Assembly (NCBI GenBank): GCA_049297495.1
Contig: JBAQUL010000014.1
Span: forward strand, 6,359 to 70,358
Direction of reading: 5' to 3'
Length of the DNA stretch: 64,000 bases
Origin: Candidatus Moraniibacteriota bacterium
Lineage (GTDB): Bacteria > Patescibacteriota > Minisyncoccia > Moranbacterales > UBA2206
The first letter of the stretch is position 1. Each line of letters opens with the position of its first letter. Both the position numbers and the translations under genes were made by a program. Positions 1 through 8,633 of this stretch are shown one piece after another. The notes under the pieces were generated by a model, which was not told where the DNA came from, did not search any database, and worked only from the letters and a program-made list of their open reading frames with translations.

Positions 1-306
1 ATCCACAATCCCATTCCCATCCTCATCTGCAACGATATATATTTCTGGGATATTTGGATGGGGATCGTTTGGGTCCAATAGTCCATCGCCATCACTGTCC
101 TTTTCAATAATTGTTTTTGTGCTGACATTTGTTGTCGTCTTTGTTTCGGTTTTTGCTGAACTACTATTTGAACTATCACGCTCTTCCGAAGAATGCTCTT
201 TTTCATCATCATCGTCATCATCATCGGCCACGACAAAATTTAACGAAGCCAAAAAGGCCACTAGCGATAGAGTGAATAGCAAATAAAATCTTGATCTTTT
301 TTGCAT
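1..306 (-). CDS. Partial (N-terminal) secreted acidic protein with thrombospondin-type-3-like Asp-rich Ca-binding repeats; runs off the window start
   Basis: Own minus-strand translation from the ATG at 304-306 gives MQKRSRFYLLFTLSLVAFLASLNFVVADDDDDDDEKEH...DSDGDGLLDPNDPHPN...DEDGNGIVD. It has a signal-peptide-like N-terminus and DxDxDG motifs. It is not in the ORF track because it is truncated at the window edge. Confidence 0.4.
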   Translation of the reverse strand, partial: MQKRSRFYLLFTLSLVAFLASLNFVVADDDDDDDEKEHSSEERDSSNSSSAKTETKTTTNVSTKTIIEKDSDGDGLLDPNDPHPNIPEIYIVADEDGNGIVD

Positions 307-315
307 ATTTTTTAT

Positions 316-630
316 TTATGATACTTTCGTCGTTTTGCTGCTCGAACCGGATGAACTGGGCTTAGTTACGGTATTATTGGTTGTGGTTGTGATTTGCTGT
401 TTTTTCAACTCCTGTGGCGTGCTATTTAGCGCACGCAGCTTATTCTCCCGATCAGCGGAAATAGCATCCTGAGAAGCCATTATATTCGGATCAATCGGGT
501 CAAGCGTCGAGTTAGTTTCCGTCTTCATTATTAAACTTTTCTGGTCTTGATTTTTAATCACAAGCACCGCAATAGTCATCAGAAGAATATTAATCACAAA
601 GACTAAAATTTTATTGAGATGTTTTTGCAT
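316..630 (-). CDS. Hypothetical small membrane/secreted protein with a Ser/Thr-rich C-terminus
   Basis: ORF of 104 aa with one hydrophobic helix near the N-terminus and a low-complexity T/S-rich tail. No recognisable domain. Confidence 0.3.
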   Translation of the reverse strand: MQKHLNKILVFVINILLMTIAVLVIKNQDQKSLIMKTETNSTLDPIDPNIMASQDAISADRENKLRALNSTPQELKKQQITTTTNNTVTKPSSSGSSSKTTKVS

Positions 631-686
631 AATATTTCTACTTAGCTACTATGGCGAACCTCGGAAAAGTATACCACAAAAAACCC

Positions 687-1391
687 TTAACGTCTAACTC
701 CCATCTTTTCAAAATTTTTCGAAATTTTGTCCTGTATCTTCTCCAGATCAATCTTTTTGCCTTTCGTTTTTAGTTTTAGCTTTTTATCCAAAATCACATC
801 TTCGCGATATTCTTGTAGATAATAGGCCTTTGCTCCGGCTATCCACTTGGCTATTTCCAAAAAATCTTTCTCTGTGTGGATGCCTGGAACGACCGTCGTG
901 CGAAATTCATAAGGCACTCGGCCATTTCTAATCAACTCGACGCTCAACTTTATCCGCTCAGTATCCACTTTCACTCCAACAGTTTTACTATAGTTTTTTA
1001 GTTGATTTTTTATGTCCATTGCCACAAAATCCAACAGTTTTAAATCCAACAGTTTTTTTAAGATATCCGGCCGAGCACCGTTTGTATCGAGTTTGATGCG
1101 AAATCCCAAGGCGCGCACTTTTTTGATGAACTCAATCAAATCCGGTTGCAAAGTTGGCTCTCCGCCCGTAATGCAAACGCCGGCCAATTTCCCCACTCTT
1201 TTTTTGAGAAAAGCAAAAAATTCTTGCTCAGTCTTATTTTGGGTCCCTGAAGCAATTTGACCAGCGCCCAAGACAAGTTCCGGATTATGGCAAAATGGAC
1301 AACGAAAATTGCAACCAACTGTGAAAACAGTAGTCGCCAGAGTTCCGGGAAAATCAATCAGAGTTAATTTTTGATAACCGCCTATATTCAT
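687..1391 (-). CDS. nrdG: Anaerobic ribonucleoside-triphosphate reductase activating protein (radical SAM)
   Basis: GCNFRCPFCHNPEL radical-SAM CxxxCxxC motif typical of glycyl-radical activases. Lies immediately downstream of nrdD on the same strand. Confidence 0.8.
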   Translation of the reverse strand: MNIGGYQKLTLIDFPGTLATTVFTVGCNFRCPFCHNPELVLGAGQIASGTQNKTEQEFFAFLKKRVGKLAGVCITGGEPTLQPDLIEFIKKVRALGFRIKLDTNGARPDILKKLLDLKLLDFVAMDIKNQLKNYSKTVGVKVDTERIKLSVELIRNGRVPYEFRTTVVPGIHTEKDFLEIAKWIAGAKAYYLQEYREDVILDKKLKLKTKGKKIDLEKIQDKISKNFEKMGVRR

Positions 1392-1440
1392 TCTAATTAT
1401 GTCTACTTATTCTTGTAAACTTTTCTTGGACTAGAAAGCT

Positions 1441-1600
1441 CTTCCTCATCCAAAGCCCTCAAATTTTCAATTTCAAATTTTCAATTTTCAATCAATGTCT
1501 AATGATTTAATTTTAAAATTAGAAATTTAGTCATTGGGGTTTGTTTAGAAATTTGAAATTGGAAATTAGAAATTTGAGCGAAATATTAAAGGCAAAAAAA
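1441..1600. repeat. Oligo-repeat element of GAAATTGGAAATT-type units in inverted arrangement (family F3, copy a)
   Basis: aaattttcaatttcaaattttcaattttcaatc ... gaaatttgaaattggaaattagaaatttgag. The same unit recurs at 14521-14560, 46598-46637, 57296-57368 and 57548-57700. Confidence 0.55.
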
Positions 1601-1679
1601 TCATATCCTATTACCTTCTTTAAAAATCAGGACGACACCAGCCATAATGACTAATGTCGCCCCGCCATCTTTCTTTGTT

Positions 1680-1943
1680 TTAGCAAACGCAAGCTGCGTC
1701 ACCCACTTTGAATTCCTTACGATCATCAAATTCTGCCTGCTTGCCACCATTCCATTGCGCTACCGGTCTAATATAACCCACGACGCGCGAATAGACTTCC
1801 GTTCTTTGAAAATTTCGCAGAACCGGATCTGCCTCATGACAGCTTTTGCATTTGCAAAACTCACCGCTCTCCATCACATAATTCATGAATTCTTCATTAT
1901 TCTCAAGCTCTCGGCCACAATCATGGCAAATTTGTTTTTGCAT
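1680..1943 (-). CDS. Stand-alone paralog of the NrdD C-terminal Zn-ribbon plus glycyl-radical domain (87 aa)
   Basis: Protein ends TEVYSRVVGYIRPVAQWNGGKQAEFDDRKEFKV, near-identical to the NrdD C-terminus (TEVYSRVVGYIRPVAQWNGGKQEEFCDRKEFKV). It has its own CxxC...CxCxxC cluster. About 110 nt are ~85% identical to nrdD 2040-2150. Confidence 0.55.
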   Translation of the reverse strand: MQKQICHDCGRELENNEEFMNYVMESGEFCKCKSCHEADPVLRNFQRTEVYSRVVGYIRPVAQWNGGKQAEFDDRKEFKVGDAACVC

Positions 1944-2013
1944 ATTTTTTTAATCTTACTAGGCGTAATTTTAATTTCGTCTAATAAAATATTTTTTATT
2001 TGTTATATTATAT

Positions 2014-4278
2014 TTAAACTTTTTGTTTGCCTTTTACTTTGAATTCCTTACGATCACAGAATTCTTCTTGCTTGCCACCATTCCACTGTGCGACTGGACG
2101 GATGTAGCCCACAACGCGCGAATAGACTTCTGTTTTTTGCTCCATCACGCATTTTGGACAAAAGGGATGCTCACCATTGATGTAGCCATGTACCGGGCAG
2201 ATACTGAAAGTTGGAGTGAGTGTGAAATATGGTAAGGCGTAATTTTCGGCAATCTTTCGCACCAACTGCTTGGTCGTTTCAATGTCCCAAATTCGTTCGC
2301 CCAAAAATCCATGCAGCACCGTTCCTCCGGTATATTTTGTTTGCAATTTATCTTGCAGATCCAGGGCCTCAAAAATATCTTCCGTGTGATGGACGGGCAG
2401 CTGAGAAGAGTTGGTATAATATGGCTCAGCGTTTTTGTCTTTCACATTAGCATTGTTGGCAAAAATAATTTCTGGATGCTTTTTACGATCAATTCGTGCT
2501 AAGCGGTACGATGTGCCCTCAGCAGGAGTGGCTTCCAAATTGTAGAGGTTGCCGGTTTCTTTTTGATACCCGATAATTCTTTGACGCATATGCGTTAGAA
2601 TTTCTTCCGCCATCTTCTGTCCGGCCGGAGTGGTGATATCTTTCCCAATCAGGTTAAGTAGAGCTTCATTCATTCCAATCAGGCCAATGGTGGAGAAATG
2701 ATTAGCCCAATACTGCCCACGACGCATCTTGATTGGAGCAAGGTAGAATTTGGTGTATGGATAGAGCCCGCCTTCAGTCAGTTTTTCCACCATTGTTCTT
2801 TTTGTTTCCAGACTCTCTCTGGCCAAGTCCATCAAATGATTCAATTTTGTCAAAAACTCCTTTTTATTCTTGGCAACATGTCCCAAACGAGGCAGATTGA
2901 TTGTCACAACCCCAATCGAACCTGTGAGCGGATTGGCTCCGAAAAGCCCACCACCGCGCTTATGCAGTTCCCTATTATCCAAGCGCAAGCGACAACACAT
3001 TGAACGAGCATCATCGGGATCCATATCAGAGTTCACAAAATTAGCAAAGTATGGGATGCCATATTTAGCTGTCATTTCCCAAATCGCATCAAATCTTTTG
3101 TCAGTCCAGTCAAAATCCTTGCCGATGTTATAGGTCGGAATCGGGAACGTGAAAATCCGCCCATTCGCATCCCCCTCGGTCATCACTTCCGCAAAAGCTT
3201 TATTAATCACATTCATCTCCTCCTGAAATTCTCCATAAGTTTCTTTCTGAGGAAAGCCCCCAAAAACCACCGCCTCATTTTTCAAATTCTTGGGACAAGT
3301 GATGTCCATCGTAATATTGGAAAACGGTGTTTGAAAACCAACGCGGGTAGAAACATTCATATTGAAAACATAGGACTGAATTTCCTGCTTCACTTCTTCA
3401 TAAGTCAGTTTGTCATAGCGCACAAACGGAGCGAGCAATGTGTCAAAATTTGAAAATGCCTGTGCGCCTGCCACCTCGCCTTGCGTGGTATAGGTGAAAT
3501 TCACCATCTGACCCAAAATTGAACCTAGGTGCTTGGCGGGTTTACACGCCACTTTTCCCGGAACGCCAGTAAAGCCCCGTCGGAGAAGATCTTGCAAATC
3601 CCAACCACAACAATAGGCTGCAAGCAATTGCAAGTCATGAATATGAAAATCCCCTTCCTCATGTGCTTCGCGAATGGCTTTTGTATAGACCCGATTCATC
3701 CAATATTTCGAACTAACAATGGATGATATGTAATTATTCAACCCCTGGAGAGAATAGGCCATGTTGGCGTTTTCCTTCACCTTCCAGTCAATCTCTTGAA
3801 TATATTTATCCACCAGGTTCACAGCCTCATCCAGAGATTGCTCTGCCTCACGCACCTTTCTATGTTGCTCACGATAAAGAATATAGGCCTTGGCAGTTTC
3901 TTCAAAATCCAAGATCATGAGCACTCTTTCCACCAAGTCTTGAATTTCTTCAATCTCCGGCACATAGCCTTCCTTGTGTTTTCGACCGAGTAGTTTTACT
4001 ACTTTTTCTGTTACCTTTTTGGCATCATCCACTGTACCTTCTTTGGTTGAAGAAAGCGCCTTAGCAATCCCTTTAGCAATCTTACCTTCATCAAAATTAG
4101 CAATAACGCCATTGCGCTTGATGACTTTTTTGATCTTAATCGCATTTGCTATTTCTTTTTTCACAACCTTAACCACCACTTTTTTGGCAGCTTCCCCCTT
4201 TTTACTGTTCAGTTTCTTTCCCCCTGTTTTTGGACTGACCTTCTTTCCCCCGTTTTTTTTCTTTTTGTTTTGCACCAT
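2014..4278 (-). CDS. nrdD: Anaerobic (class III) ribonucleoside-triphosphate reductase with a Lys-rich N-terminal tail and ATP-cone
   Basis: 754 aa. Lys-rich N-terminal tail, ATP-cone (VIKRNGVIANFDEGKI), C-terminal Zn-ribbon cysteines and a glycyl-radical loop RVVGY. Followed by nrdG. Confidence 0.9.
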   Translation of the reverse strand: MVQNKKKKNGGKKVSPKTGGKKLNSKKGEAAKKVVVKVVKKEIANAIKIKKVIKRNGVIANFDEGKIAKGIAKALSSTKEGTVDDAKKVTEKVVKLLGRKHKEGYVPEIEEIQDLVERVLMILDFEETAKAYILYREQHRKVREAEQSLDEAVNLVDKYIQEIDWKVKENANMAYSLQGLNNYISSIVSSKYWMNRVYTKAIREAHEEGDFHIHDLQLLAAYCCGWDLQDLLRRGFTGVPGKVACKPAKHLGSILGQMVNFTYTTQGEVAGAQAFSNFDTLLAPFVRYDKLTYEEVKQEIQSYVFNMNVSTRVGFQTPFSNITMDITCPKNLKNEAVVFGGFPQKETYGEFQEEMNVINKAFAEVMTEGDANGRIFTFPIPTYNIGKDFDWTDKRFDAIWEMTAKYGIPYFANFVNSDMDPDDARSMCCRLRLDNRELHKRGGGLFGANPLTGSIGVVTINLPRLGHVAKNKKEFLTKLNHLMDLARESLETKRTMVEKLTEGGLYPYTKFYLAPIKMRRGQYWANHFSTIGLIGMNEALLNLIGKDITTPAGQKMAEEILTHMRQRIIGYQKETGNLYNLEATPAEGTSYRLARIDRKKHPEIIFANNANVKDKNAEPYYTNSSQLPVHHTEDIFEALDLQDKLQTKYTGGTVLHGFLGERIWDIETTKQLVRKIAENYALPYFTLTPTFSICPVHGYINGEHPFCPKCVMEQKTEVYSRVVGYIRPVAQWNGGKQEEFCDRKEFKVKGKQKV

Positions 4279-4334
4279 AGCATTTTTTAATTGTTAATTA
4301 TATTGAAAAAAATTATTTTTTAATTTGTATATTT

Positions 4335-4423
4335 GCCTGCCTGCGCTCCGTGCGCCACCGCTAAAGCTTTAGCGACACACGGTCGGCCATAGCCTTTGGC
4401 GGCGTGCTACCGGTAGGTAGGTA
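4335..4423. repeat. GCCTGCCTGC...CCGGTAGGTAGG palindromic element (family F4) with an internal gctaaagctttagc palindrome
   Basis: gcctgcctgcgctccgtgcgccaccgctaaagctttagcgacacacggtcggccatagcctttggcggcgtgctaccggtaggtaggta. Related short palindromes occur at 46309-46333, 46446-46470 and 57647-57669. Confidence 0.45.
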
Positions 4424-4434
4424 ATTCGTAGTAT

Positions 4435-4884
4435 CTATTTATCAAACGTATCCAATTCTCTTTTGAAACTTTCAATATTGGAAAATGATTTATAGACGCT
4501 GGCAAATCGCACGTAAGCTACTTCATCCAATTCCCGCAGTTTTTTGAGAATAATCTTGCCAATTTCCTTCGTGCTTATCTCTGGTTTTTCCTTGGTACGA
4601 ATTTCATATTCCACCTCTCCGATAAATTGGGTAATTTTTTCTTCCGTCACTGGACGTTTTTCCAGCGCCTTTCTCACGCCGGTCTCAATCTTAGTTTTGT
4701 CGTAATCCACTTTGAGGCCACTCTTTTTCAACACACTTAACCGCAAAAGCTCTATTTCTTCATAGGTACTGAAACGCGCCTCGCATTTCAAACATTCTCG
4801 CCGCCGTCGCGTGATTTTGCCCTCATTAGTTTCTCGCGAATCAACGACCTTTGTTTCAGTGTTGTAGCAAAACGGACAATTCAT
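4435..4884 (-). CDS. nrdR: Transcriptional repressor NrdR (Zn-ribbon plus ATP-cone)
   Basis: MNCPFCYNTETKVVDSR...CLKCEARFSTYE zinc ribbon followed by an ATP-cone. Adjacent to nrdDG. Confidence 0.9.
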   Translation of the reverse strand: MNCPFCYNTETKVVDSRETNEGKITRRRRECLKCEARFSTYEEIELLRLSVLKKSGLKVDYDKTKIETGVRKALEKRPVTEEKITQFIGEVEYEIRTKEKPEISTKEIGKIILKKLRELDEVAYVRFASVYKSFSNIESFKRELDTFDK

Positions 4885-4900
4885 ACTTTTTTTCCTTTTT

Positions 4901-4916
4901 ATACTATATATAGTGT
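4901..4916. promoter_or_regulatory. NrdR box (palindromic operator) 17 nt upstream of the nrdR start
   Basis: The reverse complement of atactatatatagtgt is ACACTATATATAGTAT, matching the NrdR-box consensus acaCwAtATaTwGtgt. Confidence 0.5.
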
Positions 4917-4983
4917 ACCGCCATAGAATTATACCACAACCGAAATTCCTGACAAGGGGTGCATTCTAAGCCAAGAAACGGAG

Positions 4984-4992
4984 TTATCCACA
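4984..4992 (+). promoter_or_regulatory. Perfect DnaA-box 9-mer (TTATCCACA) about 100 nt upstream of nrdR, within the recurring 12-mer AGTTATCCACAG
   Basis: gagttatccacagggg. The same 12-mer is at 47553-47564 and 58264-58275. Confidence 0.3.
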
Positions 4993-5071
4993 GGGGAGAA
5001 TCATGATTTACAACTACGAAAATATTATGGCATATTTCTATTCGAAAATCATCAAACCTAAGGCCAACGGG

Positions 5072-5314
5072 CTACTTTCCCCGCATTCCCAATTTCGCCG
5101 CAATAATCACCAAAGGGCAATAGCCAGTCAAGGAAAAATTGACCAGCATTGCACCAACCAACAAGGCAAAATATTGGAAATTGAAATATCCTGCCAACGA
5201 CATAAGTACCGAAAAAACAACAAGCAAACCCGCAACCAAAAACACTACCCTTTCCAGATACCAATGATCAATATTTTGACGATAGATTTTTTTAGACATA
5301 TTTTTTATTTTCAA
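5072..5314 (-). CDS. DUF2892/YgaP-like small inner-membrane protein
   Basis: 80 aa with two TM helices and a GYCPLVIIAAKLG motif typical of DUF2892. Confidence 0.5.
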   Translation of the reverse strand: MKIKNMSKKIYRQNIDHWYLERVVFLVAGLLVVFSVLMSLAGYFNFQYFALLVGAMLVNFSLTGYCPLVIIAAKLGMRGK

Positions 5315-5328
5315 AAACTATTTTTTAA

Positions 5329-8300
5329 TTATTCCTGCACAGATTTATCCCATTTTTTATGTTCAGAAATGTAATAAGCGATGGGAAAAATGACGAGCGT
5401 GAGAAAAGTTGATGCGGATAGGCCGAAAATAAGTGACCAGGCTAGTCCTTCCCAAACTGGATCAGAGATGATTGTGAGTGACCCCAGGATAGCTGTTAGA
5501 GAGGTCAGCATGATTGGCAGGAGGCGTATCCGTCCTGTTTCAATCAACGCCTCCATCAGGGGTCGCTTTTGTTTTCTGAGCGGTTCCAGATATTTCAGGA
5601 AAATTACCGTATTTTTGACGGAAAGTCCCGCCAGAGCAATCACGCCAATCATCGAAGTTGCGTTGAAATAGGTGCCTTTGATCGCGTTTAAAATCGCAAA
5701 TCCTGGGAAAACTCCAATCAGGCCAAGCGGGATACTCACCATCAAAAGCAGCGGAAGGAATAACGATTCAGATTTAGCTGCCAGCACAAAATATATAAGG
5801 AAAATTGCCACACCCATTGCCAAACCTAAATCACGAAAAACTTCTAGCGTTAATTTCCATTCTCCACCGAGCTGGGCGAAATAATGTTTTCCTGTTTGCA
5901 AATCTTCATACTCTGCCCCAAGCAAATTCCAACTCACAAGCTTTCCCTTTCCATCAGGAAGTTTGTAAGCAATCAGTTTTGGGAAAAAATCAATGACTGC
6001 ATACACGATGCTTCGATCTTGCATTTCTGCGCTAAGGTACGTAGTGGGCCGACGATCATCAGACAAAATTGGCAGATCGGTCGCCACATTTGTTTTTTCG
6101 ATGATTTCCAATAGCGGAATGCCAGTGCCATTTCGCGAAGGAATTTCAATCTTCGACAAATCAGCTTCGCTATCGCGATCATCTTTCGCGAGACGAAGAA
6201 TAATATATTCCTGTTCCGGTTTTCGCAAATCTTCCCTAGTTGCCTCGTGATACAAGCCAATTGCAGCGCCCGATAGTGCGGTATGCAAAAGCGCGGAAAC
6301 ATCACTTGGCGCCACTCCTAAGAGCTCTGCTTTATCAGTCCGAACACGATAGGTATAGTCCAATGTCCGCTCCTTGGTTGATCGATCAATATCAGTCACA
6401 CCACGAATGCCCGCCATGTCAGATTCAAAATCACGCGCTATCTGTTCTCGCACCTTCTCATCATCCCCTTTTACCTTCAGTAAAAATGTTGCGAGAACCG
6501 GTGGTCCAGGTGGATCTTCGACGACTCGCATTTGCGCATTAGGATGCTCCAGGAGAAACCCTTTCGTCCCTGTCACAACTTCCTGGGCAATTTTTTCCGA
6601 ACTGTGTTTGCGTTCATCAATTCCCGTAAGATTCACCCGCAGCGTCGCTTGATTTTGAAAAAATCGAAAGGAACTGCCTCGAAATAAACCATTAAAATCC
6701 ACTATGGGCGACTCCCCGACGAAGCTTTCAATATTTTTTACTTCTGAGTTTTCTAAAATCAGTTCCTCGAGCGATTTGGCTATCGACCGAGTTTCTCCGA
6801 CGGCAGTGCTAGATGGCAAATCAATATAGACATACAATTGCTCCTTATCCGCTTTGGGAAGCATACGGAAAGGAACCAAGGGAGATAATGGCAAGATAAG
6901 TGAAATAACAAAAACAGCAAAAGTAACGGCGATTATTGTTTTGCGCCGCTTATTCGTTTCCAAAAATGCAGCGAGTAGTTTGGCGTAACGCTCTTCAACT
7001 TTTTTGAAAATCCGGAAAAAAAATCCATCTTCATAGCTCTTCTTTTTTGTTAAATCTTTGGGAGTGAAAATCAGTGCCAAAAAAGGATTAATGGAAACAG
7101 AGAAAATGAGCGAGACAAAAAGTGCCGTCGGCACAAAAAATGGGATGGGTGCCATATAAGGTCCCATCATACCACTCACAAAAGCCATCGGGATAAACGC
7201 AATCGCCATGGTAAGTGTAGAAAGTGCGAGTGCCCCTCCCACCTCATCCACAGCCCGCACGATGAGCCTCACACGATTCTCATTTGGATAGAGGCGAAAA
7301 TAGCGGGCCACATTCTCAATGACTACGATGGCATCGTCAACCAAAAGTCCCAGGGATAAAATAAGCGCAAATAGTGTGATACGATTTACCGTTTGCCCAA
7401 AGAGTAGTCCCACGCCAAAAACCGCCAAAAGAACCAAGGGAATGGAAACCGAAGCCATCATCGCATTGCGAAAACCCAAAAACATCATCAGGAGAACAGC
7501 CACAACAAGAATGGATTTCAAAAGGTCAAAAGTAAGCTTTTTAATTTCTTCGCTCGCGGTCTTGCCTTCATCGCGCAAAACCGAAACATTCGTCTCAGAA
7601 GAAAGCAGAGAGCCCCTCAGTGTTTCCAATTTTGCCAAAGCATTTTTTGAAACTGTTGTTGCATTAGTCCCTTTAAGCTTGGAAAGTGCGATATGCACAA
7701 CAGGAACTTCGCCCTGATCTTTTTGAGTCAACGTGACAAAGCTAGTGATCTCTCCTGGTCCATAAGTAATCTTTGCAATATCTCCCAAGCGGAGAATGGA
7801 CGTTCCTTCATGCCTCAGGACCAAGTCTTCCAAATCCTTAACTCCCCGAATATTCCCCGAAACATTCAAAATTGGATTTTGCGTCTGCCCTTCAATCGGA
7901 TTAACACTAAAAACAGAATTCGCTCCCATAATCGCTCCCATGACTTCCGAGAGAGAGATGTTTCGCGCTGAAAGTTCGCCGACGCGTGGTTCAACAAAAA
8001 GATGATTTATGCGTCCGCCTTTAATTTCCACCTTTGATACCCCCTCAGCCTGCTTCAACTCATCAGAAACATCGAAAGCCACCTTGCGCAGGGATCCTTC
8101 AGACAATGTTTTAGAAGAAAGACCGATATCCAAGATTGGCACATCATCAGGGTCGATTGATTGCACGACAGGATTCATTGCTCCAGCCGGCTTTAGACCA
8201 ATATTGTCTTGCAATTTCTGGTTCAATTCAATCTTAGCATCTTCTCGGTTTGATCCGACCAAAAATTTCACGGTCACGACGCTGCGACCACCGGGAAAAG

Positions 8301-8607
8301 TTTGCGAGGAAATATCATCAATCTTGGTCAGTTCTGAAATCTTATCCTCCATCGGACGCGTGATCAATTCATAGACCTCGGAAGCGTCAGCATTGGGAAA
8401 ATCAGTCGTGATAACAAATGCGGGAGCAACGATTTCAGGATTATACTGTTTAGGGGTAAGCACGAATGATAGCACCCCCCAAACTGCGATAATTATTATC
8501 ACTAAAATCGAAAGTTCCTTTTTTTCAAGAAACACTCGCGTAATTTTTCCGGCCAGACCCAATTTTTCCTTGTGAGTCTCATCAAAAGGTTGCTCAGTAT
8601 TGTGCAT
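5329..8607 (-). CDS. RND superfamily efflux transporter permease (AcrB/CzcA-like), 12 TM with two large loops
   Basis: 1092 aa with typical RND topology and motifs (two periplasmic loops, conserved TM4/TM10 regions). Co-oriented with the adaptor gene upstream. Confidence 0.85.
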   Translation of the reverse strand: MHNTEQPFDETHKEKLGLAGKITRVFLEKKELSILVIIIIAVWGVLSFVLTPKQYNPEIVAPAFVITTDFPNADASEVYELITRPMEDKISELTKIDDISSQTFPGGRSVVTVKFLVGSNREDAKIELNQKLQDNIGLKPAGAMNPVVQSIDPDDVPILDIGLSSKTLSEGSLRKVAFDVSDELKQAEGVSKVEIKGGRINHLFVEPRVGELSARNISLSEVMGAIMGANSVFSVNPIEGQTQNPILNVSGNIRGVKDLEDLVLRHEGTSILRLGDIAKITYGPGEITSFVTLTQKDQGEVPVVHIALSKLKGTNATTVSKNALAKLETLRGSLLSSETNVSVLRDEGKTASEEIKKLTFDLLKSILVVAVLLMMFLGFRNAMMASVSIPLVLLAVFGVGLLFGQTVNRITLFALILSLGLLVDDAIVVIENVARYFRLYPNENRVRLIVRAVDEVGGALALSTLTMAIAFIPMAFVSGMMGPYMAPIPFFVPTALFVSLIFSVSINPFLALIFTPKDLTKKKSYEDGFFFRIFKKVEERYAKLLAAFLETNKRRKTIIAVTFAVFVISLILPLSPLVPFRMLPKADKEQLYVYIDLPSSTAVGETRSIAKSLEELILENSEVKNIESFVGESPIVDFNGLFRGSSFRFFQNQATLRVNLTGIDERKHSSEKIAQEVVTGTKGFLLEHPNAQMRVVEDPPGPPVLATFLLKVKGDDEKVREQIARDFESDMAGIRGVTDIDRSTKERTLDYTYRVRTDKAELLGVAPSDVSALLHTALSGAAIGLYHEATREDLRKPEQEYIILRLAKDDRDSEADLSKIEIPSRNGTGIPLLEIIEKTNVATDLPILSDDRRPTTYLSAEMQDRSIVYAVIDFFPKLIAYKLPDGKGKLVSWNLLGAEYEDLQTGKHYFAQLGGEWKLTLEVFRDLGLAMGVAIFLIYFVLAAKSESLFLPLLLMVSIPLGLIGVFPGFAILNAIKGTYFNATSMIGVIALAGLSVKNTVIFLKYLEPLRKQKRPLMEALIETGRIRLLPIMLTSLTAILGSLTIISDPVWEGLAWSLIFGLSASTFLTLVIFPIAYYISEHKKWDKSVQE

Positions 8608-8633
8608 ATTTTTAAGTTTAAATTTGCTATTTG

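Noticed and set aside
1441-1600. Possible CRISPR array suggested by short GAAATT-type direct repeats
   Set aside because: The units are 8-13 nt, irregularly spaced, arranged in inverted blocks, and lack uniform spacers. No cas genes are present in the window.
1647-2042. 131-aa plus-strand ORF
   Set aside because: It is antisense to the NrdD C-terminal paralog and the nrdD 3' end, so it is a shadow ORF of those coding regions.
5003-5374. 123-aa plus-strand ORF
   Set aside because: It lies almost entirely antisense to the DUF2892 membrane-protein ORF (5072-5314), which has a coherent 2-TM architecture. The plus ORF has odd composition and no features.
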